From Eledone cirrhosa (lineage: Eukaryota), in contig OZ024741.1 of assembly GCA_964016885.1 (NCBI GenBank), positions 4,650,001 through 4,714,000 on the forward strand: a stretch of 64,000 nt of DNA, given 5' to 3'. The first letter of the stretch is position 1; each line of letters begins with the position of its first letter. This document shows, one piece after another, positions 1 through 13,709 of this stretch. Position numbers and translations under genes: made by a program. The notes under the pieces were generated by a model. The model was not told the DNA's origin. It saw only the letters and a program-made list of their open reading frames with translations, and searched no databases.

Positions 1-2605
1 GACACGATACTACCAATCTAAGACACGATACTACCAATCTAAGACACGATACTACCAATCTAAGACACGATACTACCAATCTAAGACACCATACTACCAA
101 TCTAAGACACTATACTACCAATCTAGGACACTATACTACCAATCTAAGACACGATACTACCAATCTAAGACACGATACTACCAATCTAAGACACGATACT
201 ACCAATCTAAGACACGATACTACCAATCTAAGACACGATACTACCAATCTAAGACACTATACTACCAATTAAAGACACTATGCTACCAATCTAAGACACC
301 ATACTACCAATCAAAGACACTATACTACCAATCTAAGACACTATACTACCAATCTACGACACTATACTACCAATCTAAGACACGATACTACCAATCTAAG
401 ACACTATACTACCAATCTAGGACACTATACTACCAATCTAGGACACTATACTACCAATCTAAGACACGATACTACCAATCTAAGACACGATACTACCAAT
501 CTAAGACACGATACTACCAATCTAAGACACTATACTACCAATCTAAGACACTATACTACCAATTAAAGACACTATGCTACCAATCTAAGACACCATACTA
601 CCAATCTAAGACACCATACTACCAATCTAGGACACTATACTACCAATCTAAGACACTATACTACCAATCTAAGACACCATACTACCAATCTAAGACACCA
701 TACTACCAATCTAAGACACTATACTACCAATCTAAGACACTATACTACCAATCTAAGACGCGATACTACCAATCTAATACACCATACTACCAATCTAAGA
801 TACTATACTACCAATCTAAGATACTATACTACCAATCTAGGACACCATACTATCAATCTAAGACACTATACTACCACTCTAAGACACCATACTACCAATC
901 TAAGACACGATACTACCAAGCTAAGACACCATACTACCAATCTAGGACACTATACTACCAATCTAAGACACGATACTACCAATCTAAGACACCATGCTAC
1001 CAATCTAGGACACTATACTACCAATCTAAGACACTATACTACCAATCTAAGACACCATACTACCACTCTAAGACACCATACTACCACTCTAAGACACTAT
1101 ACTACCAATCTAAGACACCATACTACCACTCTAAGACACTATACTACCAATCTAAGACACTATACTACCAATCTAAGACACGATACTACCAATCTAAGAC
1201 ACGATACTACCAATCTAAGACACGATACTACCAATCTAAGACACGATACTACCAATCTAAGACACGATACTACCAATCTAAGACACGATACTACCAATCT
1301 AAGACACCATACTACCAATCTAAGACACTATACTACCAATCTAGGACACTATACTACCAATCTAAGACACGATACTACCAATCTAAGACACGATACTACC
1401 AATCTAAGACACGATACTACCAATCTAAGACACGATACTACCAATCTAAGACACGATACTACCAATCTAAGACACTATACTACCAATTAAAGACACTATG
1501 CTACCAATCTAAGACACCATACTACCAATCTAAGACACTATACTACCAATCTACGACACTATACTACCAATCTAAGACACGATACTACCAATCTAAGACA
1601 CGATACTACCAATCTAAGACACTATACTACCAATCTAGGACACTATACTACCAATCTAGGACACTATACTACCAATCTAAGACACGATACTACCAATCTA
1701 AGACACGATACTACCAATCTAAGACACGATACTACCAATCTAAGACACTATACTACCAATCTAAGACACTATACTACCAATTAAAGACACTATGCTACCA
1801 ATCTAAGACACCATACTACCAATCAAAGACACTATACTACCAATCTAAGACACTATACTACCAATCTAGGACACTATACTACCAATCTAAGACACGATAC
1901 TACCAATCTAAGACACCATACTACCAATCTAAGACACTATACTACCAATCTAGGACACTATACTACCAATCTAAGACACGATACTACCAATCTAAGACAC
2001 TATACTACCAATCTAAGACACTATACTACCACTCTAAGACACGATACTACCAATCTAAGACACCATACTACCAATCTAGGACACTATACTACCGATCTAA
2101 GACACTATACTACCAATCTAAGACAAGACACTACCAATCTAAGACACCATTCTCCCAATCTAAGACACCATTCTCCCAATCTGAGACACGATACTACCAA
2201 TCTAAGACACGATACTACCAATCTAAGACACTATACTACCAATTAAAGACACTATGCTACCAATCTAAGACACCATACTACCAATCAAAGACACTATACT
2301 ACCAATCTAAGACACTATACTACCAATCTAGGACACTATACTACCAATCTAAGACACTATACTACCAATCTAAGACACCATACTACCAATCTAAGACACC
2401 ATACTACCAATCTAAGACACTATACTACCAATCTAGGACACTATACTACCAATCTAAGACACCATACTACCAATCTAAGACACTATACTACCAATCTAGG
2501 ACACCATACTACCAATCTAAGACACGATACTACCAATCCAAGACACTATACTACCAATCTAAGACACTATACTACCAATCTATCACACTATACTACCAAT
2601 CCAAG
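1..2605. repeat. 21-bp tandem satellite (GACACBATACTACCAATCTAA)n, runs off the 5' edge
   Basis: Unit read directly; variable position G/T/C after GACAC; occasional CTAGG, ATTAAAG, ACTCT variants. Confidence 0.98.
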
Positions 2606-3283
2606 TCGCCATTATTTACCAAAGGAAATCTGGAAATGTTTTTTGCTGGGTTTTTTTTTTTATTTCTGCCTCAGTAAATTTACTTCATTTTATTAAAAAA
2701 CAACACTTTACCATGTTTGTACTTCTGTGTATGTGTGTGTACTTGCGTATGTGTGAACGTGTGTATATGCACACAACACACACTCACGCACACGTCTGTA
2801 TATATGCACACAATACACACTCACACACTTACACATTTACTCACACACACACGCACACTTACTCTCACACACACACACACAGATATTTAGATATGTTACT
2901 TCTTTGTCAATTTAATTTTTTATGGTGTAAAAAAAAAAATTATCTGAATTTTTGGTAGAAGTAATTTCTTTTGACAAGGAACAAAAGAGTGTTTATTTAG
3001 AAGTAGTTTAATTATTCCATCTATCATGCTGGTTCTGACTTCATTGGTCTCTATTTCCCATGTACTGAAGAAGAGAAGCATAAAGAGCAATGGTTGAATT
3101 TGGTGTGATTTTGAACTTGATACTTTAAAAAAAATCATCAGATGACCCTGTTCTTTATGTGTGCCAATTCCACATTTCCTGTTGAAAAATGAACCAAAGA
3201 TGGGTGGCAGGGTGTGGGGCGTGGCTGAATATGACTGCTAGACCTGCTGGAAATAGCAACAAAATCTCCCTCAAATCACAACC

Positions 3284-3560
3284 TTAACCCTTTAGCGTTT
3301 AAACCAACCATATCTGACTAGAATTCTCTCCCCTTTTTCTGTTGAAACTGGTCATAACTGACAACTCTTACTAGCATTAAAGTATTGTCCTCAAAATAAA
3401 TATCAAAATCTCGTAGTTTTGATATTATGTGAGATAATTATGTTAGATAAAGCCTTTACCACAAAAATACAATAGTAAATATATAGAGTAATGTAAAAGG
3501 AAAAAATATTTGATAATGTAGTTTTAGATATACATAAAGATATGATCACAGCTGAAGTGT
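3284..3560. mobile_element. Decayed copy of the TTAA/CCCTTTAG MITE family
   Basis: Starts TTAA CCCTTTAGCGTTTAAACC; internal sequence matches 10891-11105, 11353-11561, 37573-37783. Confidence 0.7.
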
Positions 3561-3663
3561 CTCTGATATCTGCTGTATCAGGACTGACTTTAAGCCGCAC
3601 TAACGGATTAAGGAGATTATGCTAACCTCTGTTTAATATTCATACATCCTCTACATTTAATAC

Positions 3664-4400
3664 CTGTCTCACTACCATACAACATCATTTCATATGCAGG
3701 TATCATATAACCTACCCTTCACTCAGAGAAAGAGAATCCCTTTGTTAACAGTAGAACTAGTAGCTCCCTAAACTTTTCCCATACTGGCTACTATGTTTTC
3801 GGAACACCTGTCTCCACAGTTAATTTGGTCTCCTTGGTAACGAATCCTATCAACTATTTCTCTGAAGTCTTTCTCAGATTAGAAGGAATTTATTTCACAA
3901 GTGTTCTTACAACTCACTGCTCCTATGTATCTGTCACACACTCACATACATGTACACTCCTGTCTATCTGTCACACGCTCATGTACACTCCTGTGTATCT
4001 GTCACACACACTTATACACACGTACACTTCTATGTATCTGTCACACACTCACACACACTCCTGTGTATCTGTCACACACCAAATCTTTTTTCTGTTTACC
4101 TGCTTGTCATCCCTGACTACTTGTGGACCTAAAGTCTACACTGTATGTTCTCTATTGTATTTCAACATACTCCTAGCCATTACCTTGATGGTAGGGTCAT
4201 CCTATCTTCTTTCTTCCTTACTAAGTCTTTAGTTTTCCTAACTTTATCTTAAGGACTTTCAATTTTAGGTTTTGATTCCATATTTGGAATTTCTTTAGAT
4301 TGCCTGCCAATTTGGTTATGAGTAAATAGGAGTTGCCAAAGATCAGCCAGAGTCAATAGAATATATTGGATTACTGGAGCTGTTGACAGATTCCTGGAAC
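3664..4400 (-). mobile_element. Degenerate RTE-clade LINE fragment (RT C-terminal region)
   Basis: Minus-strand translation gives KFRELL..KGF..VKGRLYD.C..MLYGSET-like and VHK..SG-like remnants, homologous to the 33400-34260 copy; many stops; left boundary clearer than right. Confidence 0.6.
3920..4080. repeat. Short minisatellite, about 5 copies of CTCCTGTGTATCTGTCACAC plus CA-rich spacer
   Basis: Direct inspection. Confidence 0.85.
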
Positions 4401-5140
4401 TATATGTCTGGGTTCTTGACTGAGTTCAAATTCTGTTTGAGCCAGGTTTCTAGTTTAAAGTTGCCTCCTCTCCCTTTCACCAGTAAAGTTAGCCTTGAAA
4501 AGCATCTCAGGAACTGTCCTTCTCTTCTTGACTAAATACTTGAGATTTTAAGAATTTTATAAGAAAGTCATCTGAGTTAGATTAAAGAGAAACATAGGTG
4601 ATCTTTTTAACAGTGCTGTCAACTGAGAACTAACATATGGTTAGTACATAGGAATGAGGGTATAGGATTTTAATAGGATCAATGTATGCAATAGATAAGT
4701 TATGTTATCTAGATGACCTAATTGATGTGTGTTGGTTTGGTTAGTTGTAAGTTAGTGATATCATCTGATATGTGACTGAAACAGATTTAAGACAACACTG
4801 TGTTGTAATTTAGAATTGGATCTTCACATGAGAAATATTGTGGCTAAAGGAAGAAATGTTTGTTGATGTCAGCACTAATTTCATGTCTGTTTCCATGTTA
4901 GCTTCGTAGTTTGAGATCTATTATAAAACTAATGGAGATTCACTGGCCTCACAAGTAATCTTTTTGTTTGACTTTTTATTCTTGCCCTCTTGTCACTGGT
5001 TATAAATGAGTCTCCACAACAGTTTAAATTTCAGGACCTTTAAAATGTAGGTTACCATCGTTCATATGTATGGCTCTTTTTTTTATCAGTCCTAATGTAC
5101 AGCACATTATGTTTGTCTGCATTATATTATTGTATAATAT

Positions 5141-5332
5141 GAGGGTGGTGGATTGGCATTATCGGTAGAGGGTCGGACGCCATGCTTTCCAGCATAGTTA
5201 CGTCCCTTTATGGTCTGAGTTCAAATCCCGCCGAGGTTAACTTTGCCTTTCATCCTTACGAGGTTGATAAAATAAAATGCCAGTAATGTACTGGGTAATT
5301 GATGGCCTTGTGCCAAAAGTAGAAACAATTAT
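5141..5332 (+). mobile_element. SINE with tRNA-like head and Deu/Nin-type central domain
   Basis: A-box-like TGGCATTATCGGTAGAG, B-box GAGTTCAAATCCC, then CTTTGCCTTTCATCCTTACGAGGTTGATAAAATAAA; close to the 26596 and 29591 copies. Confidence 0.85.
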
Positions 5333-5554
5333 ATTATTGTATTACTTTCTTTTCACCAAATATCTCAAGGACAAGTGCCATAAAAGAGAAAGACTCCAGT
5401 AGGCCTTACTTTACAGAAGTCTACTAGTGGTCATTAAGGAATTGAGGGTTGGAGAACTGTCTCACTTTTGAATGTTTGAAATGTGAATAAGTGAAAGTGG
5501 TTGGTCACTTTCGAATGGAACACATTGTAGCCTGGCTGAGGGGCATCGAGTATA

Positions 5555-5735
5555 ATGGTTTCTAATTTAGGTACAAGGCCAACAATGTTTCGTTGGGTGA
5601 AGGAAACAATTATATTGATACATTACTGGTACTTTATTGACCCCAGAAGGATAAAAGGTAAAGTTGACTTTGGTGGTATTTAAACTCAGAGTATATAGTA
5701 CTGATTGTCTAATGATTCAACCAACCCATTGCCCT
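5555..5735 (-). mobile_element. Older Deu/Nin-type SINE copy
   Basis: GACCCCAGAAGGATAAAAGGTAAAGTTGAC and downstream AACTCAGA = reverse complement of the SINE core. Confidence 0.7.
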
Positions 5736-6137
5736 TGTATAATGGAAGAGACACTGACAGGGCCAGTGGTCTTATTAATTTGAAAAGACAGGAAGTGCTT
5801 TCACACTAGACATGTATATGTAGATGGTAGTGATCCTGGTGGAGGGAAGAGGGATAGTTTTGGATGAGATTTATCTTGTGTGTGTCAGCAATCTAGTTCT
5901 GAGGATCTGCATGTCTCTATGTTGGCCAATTCAGGAGCTAGAAGTTTGTTTACAGACCAATAATTTGTTATTTCATGGCAGAAAAGTTGTTGTTTAGCTC
6001 ATTTCATGCTGCCACATATCCTCATATCCTCCCAAATCCTCTCATAATTGACATGGACTATTATCAGTTGAAGACTCTGATTGTTTTCTATAATTTGTTG
6101 TTAGTCTGGATAATTTAACCAAAGTGAAGTTTGAAAT

Positions 6138-6290
6138 AATGATTTCTAATTTAGGCACAAGGCCAGCAATTTGTGGAGGAGAAAGTTGATTTTGTCAACC
6201 CTAGTACTTTATTGGTACTTTATTTTATTGACCCCAGATGGATGAAAGGCAAAGTTGACTGTAACAGGATTTGAACTCTGAACTTAAACA
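6138..6290 (-). mobile_element. Deu/Nin-type SINE copy
   Basis: GGCACAAGGCCAGCAATTT...GACCCCAGATGGATGAAAGGCAAAGTTGAC...GGATTTGAACTC. Confidence 0.75.
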
Positions 6291-6294
6291 CCCC

Positions 6295-6715
6295 TTCTCA
6301 AACACCCCTTCGAGCAGGTCCTTTTAGAAGTAACTGTCCCCAATTAATCCAGCTGGATCTCCAAGTGAGACAAGCTGAGCTCATGGATGTTATCCAACTA
6401 TCTTGCTCGGGATCTACCCCTGGGTCTCCTGTCGCATGGTTTTTCCCATAAAATCTGTCCAGTGATTCTTTCCTGAGACATTCTAACCACATACCCATAG
6501 TATTGGAGCTATGATCTCTCAATTCGGAGAAGTAGTGGCTCTATCTGGAGTGACTCTCTGATCTCCAAGCTACACACTATATTGAGTAACGTTACTCCAA
6601 AGACCCTTCGGAGGAACCCAATTTCAGCTGCTTGTAATCGTGATTATATTCTTTCAGTAATTACCCAAGACTCATGACCATAGGTAAGGGTTGGCACAAA
6701 TACTATATTGAAGAT
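6295..6715 (-). mobile_element. RTE-clade LINE 3' coding remnant
   Basis: Translates FVPTLTYGHESWVITERI*SRLQAAEIGFLRRVFGVTLLN ... RPRGRSRAR-type C-terminus. Confidence 0.85.
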
Positions 6716-7127
6716 AACATCATTTCTATACTGTAAAGCATTTGTTTCTGGTGCTCTGATTCTACAAATCCACCACATTTGAGGCTTGAAATAATTGTAT
6801 AGCAATATTAACTTCAACTTATACTTATTGCGTCTTTTATCATTTTGTTTACAATAATTTCTCTCTATTTGAAATAACAGCAAATGTTACTATTTTTCTA
6901 AATGAAATGACTATATAGAATATATTATATATTATCAGCTCAATCAAACGTCTGTTACTACCTTCTTTGTTTTTCTTTGTAGAAAACAAAAACTAAAGAA
7001 AATCAATAACATATCAATAAAACCTCTATTTTCCAATTTTATTTCAATTCAGAAAGTAATTAATATTTTATATATGTATATATAACCCATGCTAGCGTGG
7101 AAAAATGAACATTAAACGGTGATGATG

Positions 7128-7426
7128 ATGAGAATAATTAAAATAAGGCTAGTTCTAAATAAAACTACTGTGACAATAATATCCGCTTATGCACCCCAAT
7201 CTGGTCTACTTGACGTTATAAAGGACAGGTTCTATGAAACGCTAATGCACACTACCTCCCAAATAACTGATAGCGACTACCTAATTATTGCTGGTGATCA
7301 AAACGGCCACGTTGGACAACATAGTGATGGCTATGATGAAATCCATGGAGGCTATGGGGTTGGAAATAGAAATGAGGAAGGCTTCAGAATCCTGGAATTC
7401 TGTGACGCCAATAACCTAACTATCTG
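7128..7426 (+). mobile_element. RTE/BovB-type AP endonuclease fragment
   Basis: TIISAYAPQSG...LIIAGDQNGHVG...HGGYGVGNRNEEGFRILEFCDANNLTIC; preceded by a (GAT)n SINE/LINE tail at about 7085-7129. Confidence 0.88.
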
Positions 7427-10359
7427 TAAAGAGTTGGATGTGTGAATGTACGTGGCCTGAGGATGCCCTGGAAACAGGGCAAACTCTTAAACGACCTCAG
7501 GTCGCACAGTATGGATGTAGGAGCCATTTGCGAGTCCAGGATCCACAGCGAACGACAACTGGCCCCCATCTTCGACGACTTTGAGATCTACGCATCTCTC
7601 TGTCAGGTGGGGGTGTGGTTGCCGTTTTGCTGCGGGAATACCTGGACCTCGTAACACAGACGGTACATCTAGACCCGGAGGGTCAACTGGTGGTCCTAGA
7701 CATTGACGGTAGTGAAGGTGGAGCCTTCAGGCTGGTGGCCGCATATGCCCCATCTGGGACACCGTGGCCAGACTTCTTCAAACGTCTAGAGACTTTTCTG
7801 GGAACGTCTCGCTCTCTGCTGTTAGTGGGGGACTGGAATGGAATCCTAGATGCACATTGGGACTATGTGGGAGCATGTCCCGATAGGGTGGTGTAACAGC
7901 CTCAAACAGTTAATCGGCCGATTTGACCTGGCCGATAGATATTGACTAGATTTTCCGACTGTGCCACTGTGGATGTGGACTAATCGCAGCGGAACATCTA
8001 GATCATACCTAGATAGGGTTCTAGTTAGAAAGAAGGATAGGGACATGTTAAGCTGTCCACAAATGTTTGTGGTTGCCTATTCAGATCACAAATTAGTGAC
8101 CTGCTTAGTCAACCTTGACAAAACCCATAGACAGGGACCCGGCTACTGGAAGCTGAACTTGTCGTTACCAACATGCAAAGCCTACAGTAGACGGATTAGC
8201 ACTTTAGTTAAGCAGCACTTGACGGGGGCCATTGTCAACAACAGATGGTGGTACTCTCTCAAGAGGGCAGTTAGATTAGACTCGATAGGTTTTAGTAAAG
8301 AATTAGTGTTAGATAGAAATAAGACCGAAAAGGAACTGGTAGATAAAGTAGAAGAGGCACTTAGGAGTGGCAACGTAGACAGCGTGCTAGCGACAAGAAC
8401 GACCTTGGACCAGTTCTTCGGTGCAAAGCATGAGGGCTGCATTGTCAGAAGCAAAATACGTGCTCTGGGAAATGAGGGAGCCAAAGCTGTTAGCTGGGCC
8501 CGAGTGACGGAGGCGAAAAGTGGCAACAAGTCCACGATTCAGTCTTTGAAGGACCAAGACCGACGCGTGATACGTGAGCCGAAGCAGATGTGCGCGGCCT
8601 TTCAGCGGCACTTTGCTCAACTGTTCGGGTAGGGTGGCGCGCCGGGAGGGGCTTTGGATTTTGGTCCATACCTCGACGGCCTACCGCGATTCTCGGACAG
8701 CGAGGCGAAGTTCTGTGAAAGGCCGATTTCGGCCGCTGAGATAAGGGACGCGCTGAGCCAATGCGGCAAACGCAAATCTCCAGGTCTCGACGGTCTACCC
8801 TACGAATTTTACGTAGCAATGCCGGACTTGTTCTCCGGTCTCCTGGAAGCGATCTACTGCAACTGGCAGCAGAATGTGAGAATTCCCAGTTCTGTGACCA
8901 AGGGCGTAATCACGTTAGTCAGGAAGGACGAGAACAAAGGGGATGACATAGGCAACTTCCGGCCCATAACTCTGCGAAACACAGAGTTACAGATTTTGGC
9001 CAAGGTGTTGGCAAAGAGGGTGGCGCTTGTCGAAAACCTGGTGGGAGAAGTGCAGACATGCGCAATCCCAACCAGGTCCATACACGACAACCTCCACCTC
9101 ATGCGATACATCATAGAAAGGGTAGGGTGTAAACCTGGCTTCGGTGACGCCCTGATCAACTTGGATCAGTCTAAGGCTTTCGATAGGGTTGACCATCGTT
9201 ACCTGGATTCGGTGCTCGAGGTGGCAGGGTTCGGACCCGTGTTCAAGGGCTGGATTGCTGCATTGCACAGTAGCAACATCTGCTCAAGGGTCAAGGTGAA
9301 CGGCTACTTCTCAGAGCCGTTCCTTATCACGTGATCCATCCGACAGGGATGCCCTCTCTCCTCCCTTCTGTACGTACTGACTCTCGAGTCACTACTGCGG
9401 AAGTTGGATTGCATCCCTTTGGAACCGGGACTGCAAAAAGCGGCGTCGGCCTACGCCGATGACGTGACAGTACTGGTGTCGAGCACCTTGCAAATCGGGG
9501 AGATCGGCACCTTACTGGAGGAATACTAAAGGTTCACAGGAACGAAGCTGAACCGGGACAAATCTGTCGGTTTGCAACTCGGAACGTGGAGAGGCAAACC
9601 GATACCTTCCAATGGCGTCATCGGACGCTGGACGGAAGGACCGGTAAAGCTGCTCAGGGTCTGGTTTGGTCCGGACCTCCAGGTGGAGAAGAACTGGAAC
9701 GAGGTAACGGCCAAGGTGTTTGCACTCATCCAGAAGTGGGCCAAGTGCAAACTATCCTTGAAAGGTCGAGCGGAGGTGGCGAACACTTTTATAGCATCCA
9801 TCATCTACTACCGCTTGACCGTCATGCCTTGTCCAGCCAAAACACTCACCAAAATGGAGCGCGCGCGCTTCCAATTCCTTTGGAAGAAACGGGCTCTTTT
9901 GGTGAGAAGATCCATCTGCTGCCAACACCCTTCAAACGGAGGGCTGGGGATGCCGTGACTGATGATGCGCAAACACGCACTCAGGCTGCGGCACCTCCAC
10001 TACTCCTCACCAGACAACCGGTATGGGCCCCGTTCGTGAGGCGAGCCTTCCCACGACTCGTCTCACTGACTGAGCTGCAGTCCTGGGTCAAGCAAAGACG
10101 GAAGAAAATGGGCAACTGGCACATCGAATGTGCTCAGGCACTCACAGTCCTCTGGCAAATGGACCCGGCGATCAGTGGAGACTCCACTTCGACATTCTAT
10201 AGAGGGTTGGTCTGCAGCAAGTGCGACGACACACTTGGAGAAACTCTAGGCGTAGAGGAGGACGAACTGGCCAGTCTGTTCGGTAGGACCTTCCGCCCGG
10301 GACCAATGGACAACTTCCAAAAGTCCCTGGCCTGGCAGTGCTACCGAGGAGCTCTACCA
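7427..10359 (+). mobile_element. Tx1-like (L1 clade) non-LTR retrotransposon ORF2, pseudogenised: AP endonuclease plus reverse transcriptase
   Basis: RVGCVNVRGL, AYAP, LLVGDWN, SYLDRVL, YSDHKLV, GPGYWKLN, KSPGLDGLPYEFY, FRPITL, NLDQSKAFDRVDH, RQGCPLS, AYADD (about 9449-9463); stops at about 8630, 9332, 9527, 9956 plus frameshifts; ends at RGALP with no 3' tail. Confidence 0.95.
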
Positions 10360-10589
10360 TACACACTCATATACAAAATGTGACGTGGTGGTGGTGGTAT
10401 AAAATGTCCTTTCGTTGACTATAGAAAGATTATTTTAGATAAAATGTTATATTGTTTTAATCAAAATAAAAATAAAAATTACATGTTGACACTCCCGGGG
10501 TGTGTAAAATTTGATTTGATTTGGTTGAGTCGTTTGAGAATGCATAGGAAACAGACAGAGAGACAAAGAATTTTATATATATGTATATA

Positions 10590-10865
10590 TATCATCATCA
10601 TCATCACCGTTTTACATCCGTTCTTCCACACTAGCATGGGTTAGACGGGTTGTCCTGCTGTGGGAAGTAGCCAGTCGGCTGACCATGCCTTGCTCATACG
10701 GGAACTGATTCTGGCTTGATTTCTACAGCTGGATGCCCTTCCTAACACCAACCTCATTTACAGTGAGTGCTGGGTGCTTTTTTTCCGTGGCGCCTACACA
10801 TCCACTTTACATTGTGGGCTGGGTGCTTTTTTGTTGCGGCACCTCCACAACCACTTTGCAGTGGG
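10590..10865 (-). mobile_element. SINE/LINE 3' tail family ending in (GAT)n
   Basis: (ATC)n then TTCCACACTAGCATGGGTTAGAC...TTTCTACAGCTGGATGCCCTTCCTAACACCAACC; matches 25420-26099 and 30128-30467. Confidence 0.8.
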
Positions 10866-10890
10866 AGGGTGGGAGGGCATAATGTACCTT

Positions 10891-11105
10891 TAACCCTTTA
10901 GCATTCACATTACTCTATATATACTATTATATTTTCATGGTAAAGGCTTTACCTCGCATAATATCTCACATAATATTAAATCTATGAGATTTTGAAAGTA
11001 TTTATTTTGAGAAAAATACCATAACATCAGTTTGAGTGACCAGTTACAGCCAGTTTCAACAGAAAAAGGTAGAGAATTCTGGCCGGTTTGAACATTAAAG
11101 GGTTA
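10891..11105. mobile_element. piggyBac-type MITE (TTAA flanks)
   Basis: TTAA CCTTTAGCATTC ... AACATTAAAGGG TTAA; paralog of 37573-37783. Confidence 0.85.
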
Positions 11106-11253
11106 ATATAGGACTGATACTTTATTTTATTGACCCAGAAGGATGAAAGGAAAAGTTGACTAAGGCAGAGTTTGAACACAGAACTAGAATGTCATAACTA
11201 AATAGTTTTAAACATTTTGTCCACTACTTTACTAATACAACCCATCCACCACC

Positions 11254-11746
11254 TTAACCCTTTCATGAAATAAACTCTATTTTAATTAATTAATGAAGAA
11301 TTTTGAGGGAGTTACTAAAATTATTATTTATTTCATGACTAAGATAGAAACTTAACTCTAGATTTAAACCGGTTATATCCATCCAGAATTCTCTCACCTC
11401 TTTCTGTCCAAACCGGCCATAATGGGCTGTTCATACTTATGTTACGGTATTGTTTTCAAAATAAATGATATAAAAATCTTATATGAGATAATTATGTGAG
11501 GTAAAGCCTTACCATGAAAATATAATAGTATATATAGAGTAATGTAAATGGTAATGGGTTAAAATTATGTTGGAAGATTTTAATTTAAATTAGAAACCTT
11601 TAAAATGGATGGTTTTATTTCATAGAACCAGAGCTGGTTTTGGCTGGGATGGTAACTAAAGAGGTTAAATAGAAACCTTTAAAATGGGTGACTTTATTTC
11701 ATAGAACCAGAGCTGGTTTTGGCTGGGTTGTAACTAAAGGGGTTAA
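11254..11746. mobile_element. Second TTAA-flanked element with a nested MITE copy (11353-11561, opposite orientation to 10891-11105) and a duplicated right end
   Basis: TTAACCCTTT at 11254, AAAGGGGTTAA at 11746; about 77-bp tandem duplication 11591-11668 / 11670-11746. Confidence 0.65.
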
Positions 11747-12167
11747 TTATAATATTTTCTTCTATTGACTCTAGGCCAAACATTGGTAAATGATTATTTT
11801 ATTTAGGAAGGTATCTGGTCTACTGATAGTGGGGTTGATTCCCTGACAGGGTGGTATGTCCTTGAGCAAGACATTTTATTTCATGTTACTCTAGTTCACT
11901 CAGCTGAAAAAATCTAATACCACCTGCAGCAACTGGAGTTAACCCTGTGATTGGTGTCTTGTGCAGGGGGTCTTCTACTTTGAGTTTTTTAACATCAATA
12001 AAATCAGGATAAACTCTGGTTTGATGAGTTTCTGGGCTGGGACAGACTTTAATTTACTTTGTTGACCCTGAAAGGATAAAATGTAAAGTTGGCCTTGACA
12101 AGATATGAACTGAAATGGAACTAAATATTGCTGTAAATTTAATCTTGTACTCTATTTCTGTCACAAT

Positions 12168-12532
12168 ATCACCACCACCACCACCACCACCATCATCACC
12201 ATCACTATAACCATTATCACTATCACTCACCACCATCATCAGTCATCACTATCACCATTATCACTATCACACACAACCATCATCACTATCACCATCATCT
12301 TCACCACCACCACAATCTCCACTACCACAATTATCACTATTATTACTATCACCACCACCACCATCATTACTATTACCATTATCACTCACCACCACCATCC
12401 ACCACCACCATCATCCACCACCCACCACCATCATTCACCACCACCACCATCATCACCATCACTCACCACCACCACCATCCACCACCATCATCCACTACCA
12501 CCACCACCACCATCATCCACCACCACCACAAT
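12168..12532. repeat. (CAC/CAT)n low-complexity tract
   Basis: Direct inspection. Confidence 0.95.
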
Positions 12533-13039
12533 GATGATAATGGTGACTTTCATGTCTTTTTTTTCTTTAATAGTCATAAATAGTCATAAAGCTTTATCTT
12601 GCCTCTCTCTCTTCTATTTCCTGTTTTTTTGTCTACCATCTGTATTTTTCCTACTAAAAACACTCAAGACAACTAATTCCTCATCTCTACAAGGTCACTT
12701 GACCTGCTAATAATAGCAACTCACACCCCCTCATATTATCATCTACTGTCTTAATACTTCAAGCACACTACAACATCCTCTTATACTTCCTTTTATGTAA
12801 TGAGTGTTTCATTAGAAGGCTCCAGCAATGCAAGTGGGACATTAATGGTTAAACATATAATAACAAAGATGGTGGAATGCTACCTTGGGGTTGTTAATGG
12901 TCTTTAATATTTCGGGATAAATTCCCTTCATCAAATGGCAGCATAAGAGCAACACAAGATATCTTGCTTTCAATTGGTATATGGTCCTGTAACTCCTGAT
13001 AGTTGTAGGGATGCTGTATTGACATACAGCGTTTCTTGG

Positions 13040-13268
13040 GTATTTTAAGCCTGACAGAGCCCTTCCCTTTCCAGGCCTGAGTACAGCAGATTTCTTCCAG
13101 AGAGAGGAAGAATTGACCCCAGTAATAGACTGGTACTTCTTTATCAACCTCGAAAGGATGACAGGCAAACTCGACCTCGGCGGGATTTGAACTCAGAGAG
13201 CAGAAAGCCATAACGAATACCATAAAGCATTCTATCTGACGTTCTAGCGACTTTGCCAATTTGCCACT
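13040..13268 (-). mobile_element. Deu/Nin-type SINE with a 3' extension shared with 35150-35330 and 36325-36575
   Basis: CCTCGAAAGGATGACAGGCAAACTCGACCTCGGCGGGATTTGAACTCAGA; extension TGGAAGAAATCTGCTGTACTCAGGCCTGGA recurs at 35253. Confidence 0.75.
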
Positions 13269-13709
13269 CTGAATTAGTTTCCTCAATTATTCTTATGTTA
13301 ACAATTTCTAGACTTTACATATTTATAAGAGTGCTGTTGTTTCTCATTAACAAATACAGTAGTTGATATTTCTGTCACTTGGTCAGTTGTTTGTCAACTT
13401 ATTTCTTATGTTCTACGACCTTCACATAAGTTCTTCACACAGACAGACAACCCTATTGAACTCATTCCCAATGATTTAATTATCCAACGTATGCATGTTA
13501 GTTTTTCACATGTTCACCTTAAACTTTGTCTTTTATATATAAAGTGAATGTTTTTATCAACATGTACAGAAGCTACATTGTGAACCTTTTCTTACCCAAC
13601 TTCTAATGCAAGACACTGCCTATGATTTTCAAATAATTAATAAAATAATCAAGAATTTGGAGGGATTTAGTAATATATCTAAGTTTCTAATTATTAAGCT
13701 GGTGTAGGA

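Noticed and set aside
1-2605. CRISPR array or telomere
   Set aside because: No unique spacers and no cas genes; eukaryotic context; the unit is not a TTAGGG-type repeat
3138-3195. Possible minus-strand terminal exon (TTTTTCAACAG then GNVELAHIKNRVI*)
   Set aside because: No recognisable homology and no partner exon; the nearest apparent donor at about 3662 lies at the edge of an RTE remnant
10385-10580. Helentron/DINE-like end (GTAAAATTTG...ACAGACAGA..TTTATATAT)
   Set aside because: Resemblance only; subterminal repeats and hairpin could not be identified
12842-13286. 130-aa and 108-aa minus-strand ORFs
   Set aside because: Composed of a SINE plus a repeat extension also present at about 35253 and 36520
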